Assembly: GCA_038533895.1 (NCBI GenBank)
Contig: JBCAXU010000006.1
Coordinates: forward strand, 8,874 to 72,873
DNA: 64,000 nt
DNA from: Pseudomonadota bacterium
GTDB lineage: Bacteria > Pseudomonadota > Gammaproteobacteria > Enterobacterales > Vibrionaceae
Direction: 5' to 3'
Part shown: positions 57,306 to 64,000 of the stretch, piece by piece
Numbering within the stretch: position 1 is the stretch's first letter
Layout of the letters: the number at the start of each line of letters is the position of its first letter
Notes under the pieces: model-generated
Database searches by the model: none
The model's input: the letters and a program-made list of their open reading frames with translations, nothing else
Told to the model about the DNA's origin: nothing
Program-made: the position numbers and the translations under genes

Positions 57306-60131
57306 ATGGATCAGATTGAAGTCCGCGGTGCCCGCACCCATAACCTGAAGAACATCAACCTCACCATTCCTCGAGATAAACTTATCGTGATCACCGGGTT
57401 ATCTGGTTCCGGTAAGTCTTCACTGGCTTTTGATACACTTTATGCCGAAGGTCAACGCCGCTATGTAGAGTCATTATCCGCATACGCTCGTCAATTTTTG
57501 TCTTTAATGGAAAAGCCCGATGTCGACCACATTGAAGGTCTGTCTCCGGCGATCTCGATTGAGCAGAAGTCGACTTCTCATAATCCCCGCTCCACTGTCG
57601 GTACCATTACCGAAGTGTATGACTACCTGAGACTTCTCTACGCTCGCGTTGGTGAACCACGATGCCCTGAGCACAAAGTGCCACTGGCTGCGCAGACGAT
57701 CTCTCAGATGGTAGACAAAGTGCTGGAGATGCCAGAAGGCTCAAAAATGATGCTACTTGCGCCTATCGTAAAAGAGCGCAAAGGCGAGCACGTCAAAACA
57801 CTAGAAAACCTTGCAGCACAAGGCTTCATTCGCGCTCGTATTGACGGTGAGACCTGTGATCTATCCGATCCACCGACGCTTGAACTGCATAAGAAACACA
57901 CCATCGAAGTGGTTGTCGACCGGTTCAAAGTCCGCAGTGACTTGCAGCAGCGTCTGGCCGAATCGTTTGAGACCACGCTTGAGTTGTCAGGGGGCATTGC
58001 GGTTATCGCTCCTATGGATGGCAAAGGTGAAGAAGTGGTGTTTTCGGCCAACTTTGCCTGTCCACACTGTGGTTACAGTATGCAAGAACTCGAGCCGCGC
58101 CTGTTTTCGTTTAATAACCCAGCCGGCGCTTGCCATACTTGTGACGGCCTCGGTGTACAACAATATTTCGATCCGGCGCGGGTCATTGTCGACGATTCGT
58201 TAAGTCTGGCGCAAGGTGCTATTCGTGGCTGGGATCAGAAGAACTACTACTATTTCCAAATGCTCTCATCATTGGCAGATCACTACGGCTTCGATCTTCA
58301 CGCGCCGTTTAAATCTTTGCCAAAGAAGACCCGTGATATCATCCTCACTGGCTCAGGCCGAGCAGAGATTGAGTTCAAGTACATCAATGATCGCGGTGAT
58401 ATCCGAGTAAAACGCCACCCGTTTGAGGGCATCTTAAACACCTTAGAAAGACGTTATCGCGACACTGAATCCAGTGCGGTGCGCGAGGATCTGGCGAAAT
58501 ACATTTCAACCAAAACCTGCTCAAGCTGTGACGGCAGCCGCCTGCGCTTAGAGGCACGTAATGTATTTATCGGTGACACCACCTTGCCACAAATCGTCGA
58601 GCTGAGCATTGCCGATGCTTTACACTTTTTTGCTTCGCTTCAGCTTGAAGGGCAACGCGCGCAAATCGCGGAAAAGGTGATGAAAGAGATCAATGACCGC
58701 TTGCAGTTTTTGGTCAATGTTGGGCTCAATTATCTCAATCTATCGCGCAGCGCCGAAACGCTCTCGGGCGGTGAAGCGCAGCGAATTCGCCTTGCTAGTC
58801 AAATAGGTGCCGGTTTAGTCGGTGTGATGTATGTACTGGATGAGCCTTCTATCGGTCTACATCAACGCGACAACGAACGTTTATTGAAAACGCTGACCCA
58901 CTTACGCGATCTTGGCAACACTGTTTTGGTGGTCGAACATGACGAAGATGCGATACGCATGGCCGATCACGTGATCGATATTGGGCCGGGCGCTGGTGTG
59001 CACGGTGGCAACGTGGTGGCAGAAGGCACGATGGACGAGATTATTGCCAATCCCAACTCGCTCACCGGCCAGTATCTCAGCGGCAAAAAAGAGATTGCAG
59101 TCCCAACCAGTCGTACCCCAGTGGATAAGAAAAAAGTGGTTGAACTGATGGGCGCATCAGGTAACAACCTTAAGGACGTCACTCTGGAAATCCCGGTCGG
59201 TCTGTTTAGCTGTATTACCGGCGTATCGGGATCAGGCAAATCGACCCTGATCAATGATACTTTCTTTAAGATTGCTCATACCCAACTTAATGGCGCCACC
59301 ACAGCTATGCCAGCCCCATACAAAAAAATAAAGGGACTGGAGCACTTCGATAAGGTCATCGATATTGATCAAAGCCCGATCGGTCGCACCCCTCGCTCCA
59401 ACCCCGCCACCTACACGGGCATTTTCACTCCAATTCGTGAGTTGTTTGCTGGCACTCAAGAGTCGCGTTCACGTGGTTACAAACCGGGCCGTTTTAGCTT
59501 CAATGTGCGCGGTGGTCGCTGTGAAGCGTGTCAGGGCGATGGCGTGATTAAAGTTGAAATGCACTTTTTGCCTGATGTTTACGTCCCATGTGACGTTTGT
59601 AAAGGCAAGCGCTACAACAGAGAAACCTTGGAAGTGCGCTACAAAGGCAAAACCATCGATGAAGTGTTAGAAATGACGGTTGAAGATGCTCGTCAGTTCT
59701 TCGACCCCGTTCCCGTGATTGCCCGCAAATTACAAACCTTGATCGACGTCGGTCTTTCCTATATTCGCTTAGGGCAGGCGGCCACCACCCTATCTGGCGG
59801 TGAAGCACAACGGGTTAAGCTCGCACGTGAGCTGTCAAAACGTGATACGGGCAAAACACTGTATATTTTGGATGAGCCTACCACTGGACTGCACTTCCAC
59901 GATATTCAGCAACTGCTCAGCGTTCTGCACCGACTGCGTGATCATGGCAATACCGTCGTCGTCATCGAGCACAATTTGGATGTGATAAAAACCGCCGATT
60001 GGATTGTCGACCTTGGCCCTGAAGGAGGACAAGGCGGCGGTGAAATTATCGCCACCGGCACACCAGAGCAAGTCGCCCTAGTTGAGGGCTCGCACACAGC
60101 TCGATTCCTTAAGCCTATGTTAAGTGAGTAA
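57306..60131 (+). CDS. uvrA: Excinuclease ABC subunit A
   Basis: 941 aa starting at [17 protein letters not shown]. It has two ABC ATPase modules ([10 protein letters not shown] and [10 protein letters not shown]) and zinc-finger Cys clusters. Confidence 0.98.
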   Translation: MDQIEVRGARTHNLKNINLTIPRDKLIVITGLSGSGKSSLAFDTLYAEGQRRYVESLSAYARQFLSLMEKPDVDHIEGLSPAISIEQKSTSHNPRSTVGTITEVYDYLRLLYARVGEPRCPEHKVPLAAQTISQMVDKVLEMPEGSKMMLLAPIVKERKGEHVKTLENLAAQGFIRARIDGETCDLSDPPTLELHKKHTIEVVVDRFKVRSDLQQRLAESFETTLELSGGIAVIAPMDGKGEEVVFSANFACPHCGYSMQELEPRLFSFNNPAGACHTCDGLGVQQYFDPARVIVDDSLSLAQGAIRGWDQKNYYYFQMLSSLADHYGFDLHAPFKSLPKKTRDIILTGSGRAEIEFKYINDRGDIRVKRHPFEGILNTLERRYRDTESSAVREDLAKYISTKTCSSCDGSRLRLEARNVFIGDTTLPQIVELSIADALHFFASLQLEGQRAQIAEKVMKEINDRLQFLVNVGLNYLNLSRSAETLSGGEAQRIRLASQIGAGLVGVMYVLDEPSIGLHQRDNERLLKTLTHLRDLGNTVLVVEHDEDAIRMADHVIDIGPGAGVHGGNVVAEGTMDEIIANPNSLTGQYLSGKKEIAVPTSRTPVDKKKVVELMGASGNNLKDVTLEIPVGLFSCITGVSGSGKSTLINDTFFKIAHTQLNGATTAMPAPYKKIKGLEHFDKVIDIDQSPIGRTPRSNPATYTGIFTPIRELFAGTQESRSRGYKPGRFSFNVRGGRCEACQGDGVIKVEMHFLPDVYVPCDVCKGKRYNRETLEVRYKGKTIDEVLEMTVEDARQFFDPVPVIARKLQTLIDVGLSYIRLGQAATTLSGGEAQRVKLARELSKRDTGKTLYILDEPTTGLHFHDIQQLLSVLHRLRDHGNTVVVIEHNLDVIKTADWIVDLGPEGGQGGGEIIATGTPEQVALVEGSHTARFLKPMLSE

Positions 60132-60144
60132 TTAGTTGTAATAT

Positions 60145-60181
60145 AAACAGACCAGTGCCTCAATCACTGGTCTGTTTTTTT
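60145..60181 (+). terminator. Intrinsic terminator after uvrA
   Basis: 13-bp stem aaacagaccagtg / cactggtctgttt followed by ttttt. Confidence 0.85.
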
Positions 60182-60196
60182 GAGGTGTAGAAAATT

Positions 60197-61966
60197 ATGG
60201 CAACCACTTATGTAGCAGGTACAGAGCTCGAACCAAAGGCACCTAAGGTTCCTTTGATTAAGCCATTTTTAGTGTCCCTTGCTGTGGTGTTCTTGCTCGC
60301 GATGCATGTATTTACGCCCAATCCAGGCGGCGCGGGGCTCGCCCTCTCTTTCAACACCACCACTTGGCTTGCGCTGAGTGTTTCTCTGGGGATAGGGCTC
60401 TATCAGCTTGGCCGAGATGCGGTGCTCAGATACAACAAACTGACTATCGGCCTATTCATCTGCTGCGTCATGCTCACCATCCCCCTTTTCTATGTCGGCT
60501 CTGACCTCGCACTGGCAAGCTCGAGATTAATTGGATTGTGGGCAGGGTATTTGCTGTTTGTGGTCTTGCAGCAGATCCGTTTTAGCAATAAGCAAAAGCA
60601 GCGACTCCTGTGGTTTATTACCATTGCTGTGTTCATTCAATCCCTGTTTGGCTGGGTGCAATTTTTATGGCTCGAACCCAACAATCTATTCGGCTATGAC
60701 ACCAGTATTAACCGCCCCTATGGCATTTTCCAACAGCCGAATGTGATGGCGAGTTTTCTCGCGACAGGGCTGGGATTATCTGGCTACTTACTGGCGCGTC
60801 ATCCCATCAAGTACCAACGCAAAGTAAGCGAAGTCGCATTACTTTATCTGATGCCACTGATGACGATTCCGCTACTGGTGGTATTAGCCTCGCGTACCGG
60901 ATGGCTCGGGGCGACTCTGACGGTGCTGTTGCTACTGCACTACTTGTATCGTTTCGCTACCAAAAAGCGCTTTTGGGGTTGGGTGGGCTCGGTGCTACTG
61001 GGGATCGCGATAGGGTTTTCTTTGTCGGCACTGTCTAGCCAGCAAGGAGATTTAATAAGCCAAAAGGCGCATTTGGAGAGTCCGCGTCAATATACGCTTC
61101 CCCAAGCCATCGATATGCTGATCGAGAAGCCCTTTACCGGCTATGGCTATGGTCGTTTCGAGCCGGAATATATCGTGTACACAGCTCGCCAGCACCAACT
61201 GAATGCAGATTACCCCCCCGGGCTACCTGCCATGGACCATCCACACAATGAGTTACTCTATTGGGGAGTAGAAGGGGGATTGCTGCCGCTATTGGCGATT
61301 ATACTTGCGGCCATGTTCGTTCTCGCACGCCTATTTCAAGCCAAAAAAGGCACGCGACTGGCCATGTTCGCTCTGTTTGTTCCGATCGTGCTGCATAGCC
61401 AGTTAGAATACCCATTTTATCACTCGGCCATTCATTGGCTGACCTTCGTGATCTTGCTGTATTGGGTCGACCAGCGCGCGAGTCGTTATCGCAGTTTGTC
61501 ACTCAGTATGTTGTCAAAAACGTCACTGCGCATAGTGAGCTTACTGCTGCCCATTGTGACCAGTATCTACATGCTGACTGCCCTACACAGTAACTATGTA
61601 CTGACCCAATTTGAGCGCTCACACCCCAAACAACCAGAAATACTCAATCGAGTCTCCAACGCGACGGCTTGGCAAGACCGGTTTGATTGGGATATCTACA
61701 GCACCTATTTGTTCATCGGTTTGAGTCAACAACAGAGCCAGTACATCCAGCCCTACATCGACTGGTCGTTAAGCATCATCAAAGACAAGCCACGTCCGGC
61801 TTTTTACAACAATTTGATCCTCGCCTATTTAGCGATGGGGGATAACGTCAAAGCCGAGCAAATCCGCACCGAAGCGCAGTTTTTGTTCCCTACACAAGAC
61901 TTTGCGCAGATTGATTACATCGCGCCTGATATCGACGCCCTGAAAGCGGATCACAACAAAGGTTGA
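60197..61966 (+). CDS. pglL: Wzy_C-domain polytopic membrane protein; PglL-type O-oligosaccharyltransferase / O-antigen-ligase-like
   Basis: 589 aa with about 12 predicted TM segments, a periplasmic loop carrying the Wzy_C-like motif DHPHNELLYWGVEGG, and a C-terminal soluble TPR-like tail. It is next to uvrA, where I recall V. cholerae VC0393 (PglL-Vc) to be. Confidence 0.7.
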   Translation: MATTYVAGTELEPKAPKVPLIKPFLVSLAVVFLLAMHVFTPNPGGAGLALSFNTTTWLALSVSLGIGLYQLGRDAVLRYNKLTIGLFICCVMLTIPLFYVGSDLALASSRLIGLWAGYLLFVVLQQIRFSNKQKQRLLWFITIAVFIQSLFGWVQFLWLEPNNLFGYDTSINRPYGIFQQPNVMASFLATGLGLSGYLLARHPIKYQRKVSEVALLYLMPLMTIPLLVVLASRTGWLGATLTVLLLLHYLYRFATKKRFWGWVGSVLLGIAIGFSLSALSSQQGDLISQKAHLESPRQYTLPQAIDMLIEKPFTGYGYGRFEPEYIVYTARQHQLNADYPPGLPAMDHPHNELLYWGVEGGLLPLLAIILAAMFVLARLFQAKKGTRLAMFALFVPIVLHSQLEYPFYHSAIHWLTFVILLYWVDQRASRYRSLSLSMLSKTSLRIVSLLLPIVTSIYMLTALHSNYVLTQFERSHPKQPEILNRVSNATAWQDRFDWDIYSTYLFIGLSQQQSQYIQPYIDWSLSIIKDKPRPAFYNNLILAYLAMGDNVKAEQIRTEAQFLFPTQDFAQIDYIAPDIDALKADHNKG

Positions 61967-61971
61967 TAAAA

Positions 61972-61990
61972 AGGCGACCTCACGTCGCCT
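61972..61990. terminator. Hairpin between the convergent pglL-like and aminotransferase genes
   Basis: aggcgac ctcac gtcgcct, flanked by an A-run on one side. Confidence 0.5.
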
Positions 61991-62008
61991 GTACTTTCCT
62001 TTAAATCG

Positions 62009-63130
62009 TTATTGGGTCAGTGACTCTTCCAAAGCCCGAAGACACAGAGCCACATTTTCGCTGCGAGCACCATAGCCCATTAAGCCGATACGCCATGCTT
62101 TTCCGGCTAAAGCGCCCAAACCTGCACCAATTTCTAAGTTGTACGTTTCAAGCAAATGTGTGCGTACTTGAGCCTCATCGATCCCTTCCGGTACATAAAT
62201 CGCGTTAAGCTGAGGTAAACGAGATGAGGCTTCAACCACGAACTCAAAACCGAGCTTTTCCAACCCTTGCTTAAGCTTTTCATGCATCTGACGATGACGC
62301 TGCCACGCATTTTCTAACCCTTCGCGTTTTAGCATGAGCAAGGATTCGTGCAGCGCATAAAGACTATTCACTGGTGCAGTATGGTGATAACTGCGTTTCC
62401 CTTCACCACTCCAGTAACCCAGAACTAGGCTTTGATCTAAGAACCAGCTTTGGACCGGTGTAGTGCGTGACTGGATTTTCTCTACAGCCGCGGCAGAGAA
62501 GGTCACTGGAGACAAACCCGGCACACAAGAAAGACACTTTTGGCTACCAGAATAGACGGCATCGAGCTGCCATTCGTCGACTTTGAGGGGGACACCACCG
62601 AGAGAAGTGACCGCATCGACGATGGTGAGTACATTATGTTGCTTAGCCAGTTGGCCTAGAGTCTGGGCATCGCTGCAAGCACCTGTTGACGTCTCTGCAT
62701 GAACAAACGCGAGGATCTTAGTATCAGGGTTATCTTGAAGCGCCTGGGCGACCTTATCGACTGAAACTGGCGCGCCCCACTCATCATCGACGACCACAGC
62801 CTCACCTCCGGCACGAACCACGTTTTCACGCATACGTTCGCCAAACACGCCGTTGCGACACACTATCACCTTATCACCGGGTTCAATCAGGTTGACAAAG
62901 CACGCTTCCATACCTGCGCTACCGGGAGCCGACACCGCGATAGTAAACTCATTCTCGGTTTGGAACGCGTACTTGAGCAAGACTTTTAGCTCGTCCATCA
63001 TCGCCACAAATAGTGGGTCCAAATGCCCAACCGTCGGACGACTCAAAGCTTGCAATACTTGTGGTGAAATATCTGAAGGGCCCGGTCCCATAAGAATGCG
63101 GTGAGGGGGAATAAAACTTTGAATCGTCAT
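62009..63130 (-). CDS. Class V aminotransferase (serine-pyruvate / alanine-glyoxylate type)
   Basis: 373 aa with the PLP-lysine context YSGSQKCL and the N-terminal MGPGPSD motif typical of AGT-like enzymes. Confidence 0.88.
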   Translation of the reverse strand: MTIQSFIPPHRILMGPGPSDISPQVLQALSRPTVGHLDPLFVAMMDELKVLLKYAFQTENEFTIAVSAPGSAGMEACFVNLIEPGDKVIVCRNGVFGERMRENVVRAGGEAVVVDDEWGAPVSVDKVAQALQDNPDTKILAFVHAETSTGACSDAQTLGQLAKQHNVLTIVDAVTSLGGVPLKVDEWQLDAVYSGSQKCLSCVPGLSPVTFSAAAVEKIQSRTTPVQSWFLDQSLVLGYWSGEGKRSYHHTAPVNSLYALHESLLMLKREGLENAWQRHRQMHEKLKQGLEKLGFEFVVEASSRLPQLNAIYVPEGIDEAQVRTHLLETYNLEIGAGLGALAGKAWRIGLMGYGARSENVALCLRALEESLTQ

Positions 63131-63365
63131 TGGCTGCTGCTCCTAATTATTGATTGATTTGTTCTTCTATTTTTACTTCCTCGAATCACCATAATCGAAT
63201 TTTACCCTGTCAGCAATTAGCCCAAAGTCTTGTGGTCAAACCAGTGTCACAAGTTTGTTAATTATAAAAAGGCATAAAGTGACACATTGCCATTGACATA
63301 GTTCACAGAAACGAGTTGAATGCAGGATATGTGGCGAATAATTATGCCACTAGCAAATTCTTTTG

Positions 63366-63525
63366 CAGAAGAGGAGCACTGCCCAGGTAAATGCATTGTG
63401 GAGCCACAACTCCAACACAGTGTATTGAGGGGGAGCAGTGCCGAGGTAGGTATGGGTTGTTGGCTCAAACCTGTCGGTTGTTAGGGTTGAATCCCTGCAA
63501 CTGTCATCAGCCCTGTCTGATGATG
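63366..63525 (+). promoter_or_regulatory. Lysine riboswitch (L-box) in the lysC leader
   Basis: agaagAGGAGCactgcccaggtaa...ttgagggggagcagtgCCGAGGtagg...ggttgaatccctgcaaCTGTCAtcag parallels my recollection of the E. coli lysC leader block for block (AGAGGCGC..GCCCAAGTAA..GAGGGGG..GCCGAGG..GCTGAATCCCC..TTGTCACCAG). Confidence 0.8.
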
Positions 63526-63652
63526 AGCTTCTGAGGTAACTCAATCTATTCATTGACCTCTCTTTCGCTCAATTCTCTTCATTAAAGCAAAAACATCGGA
63601 TGTTGGCCTAATCGCCAAGTAGATTACTTTAGGAAGTCGTGGGAGATACGCT

Positions 63653-64000
63653 GTGAGCAGTTTTAATGTAGCTAAATTTGGTGGAACAAGCGTTGCAAAC
63701 TTTGAAGCAATGAGCCGCTGTGCTGCAATTATCGAAAATAATCCAAATACTAAACTAGTCGTGAGTAGTGCTTGTTCTGGGGTAACCAACCTATTGGTTG
63801 AACTGGCGAATGGTGTGCAAGATCAAGCACGTCGAAGTGAGGTGCTCAGTCAACTTGCTCAAATCCATGATGCGGTTCTCAACCAACTCAACGACGCAAC
63901 CCAAACCGCCAGCGAGGTTTACGCGATCCTAGATACCGTAACCAGCCTGGCCGAAGCGGCCTCGATTCAATCAAACCACAAACTGACTGACCACCTAGTT
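63653..64000 (+). CDS. lysC: Lysine-sensitive aspartokinase III (5' part; runs off the window)
   Basis: A GTG start sits 6 nt after the RBS gggaga. The translation VSSFNVAKFGGTSVANFEAMSRCAAIIENNPNTKLVVSSACSGVTNLLVELANG aligns with the E. coli LysC N-terminus. This ORF is not in the ORF track because it is open-ended. Confidence 0.9.
   Translation, partial: MSSFNVAKFGGTSVANFEAMSRCAAIIENNPNTKLVVSSACSGVTNLLVELANGVQDQARRSEVLSQLAQIHDAVLNQLNDATQTASEVYAILDTVTSLAEAASIQSNHKLTDHLV

Noticed and set aside
63262-63789. Three minus-strand ORFs of 67-79 aa between the aminotransferase and the window end.
   Set aside because: They overlap the lysine riboswitch and the 5' end of lysC on the opposite strand, and they have no RBS.

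Overview
This window looks like core chromosome from a Vibrio-type gammaproteobacterium, judged from gene content and order. I call about 50 protein genes, densely packed and apparently intact. From left to right: valS; an orphan solute-binding protein; a 2-hydroxyacid dehydrogenase; rluA-rapA; a PIN-PhoH protein; argF; pyrBI with a leader/attenuator, then ridA; mdh and argR (divergent); a TAXI-TRAP transporter pair; a universal stress protein; a DUF2061-like protein; a GH2-N-domain-only protein; rraB; an orphan arcA; tldD; a Nit-family hydrolase; and yhdP-rng-maf-mreDCB. Next comes a complete 17-gene MSHA type IVa pilus locus (mshHIJKLMNEGF plus mshBACDOPQ, about 35.6-54.6 kb). It is followed by ssb, qstR, galU, uvrA, a PglL/Wzy_C-type O-oligosaccharyltransferase-like protein, a class V aminotransferase, and a lysine riboswitch with the 5' part of lysC. 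I see no rRNA or tRNA genes, transposases, integrases, CRISPR arrays, toxin-antitoxin pairs or recognisable defence islands. I did not find a convincing new multi-gene system. The signals not explained by the gene list are mostly non-coding. They are a ~130-nt structured palindromic repeat in two copies with compensatory changes, one copy lying inside the TRAP operon; a perfect 12-bp palindrome shared by the argR and arcA upstream regions; a (GTTTCGA)x7 tandem repeat abutting the arcA stop codon; and tandem hairpin units upstream of valS and of the TAXI gene. Protein-level points worth a second look are the degenerate GGDEF/EAL motifs of MshH (CsrD-like), the tandem c-di-GMP-binding motifs of MshE, the lipobox and Ser/Asn tract of the MshL secretin, and a PglL-like enzyme about 6 kb from a pilus locus whose major pilin has Ser/Ala/Pro/Thr-rich segments. 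All calls rest on reading the sequence and ORF translations by eye. No database search was run.
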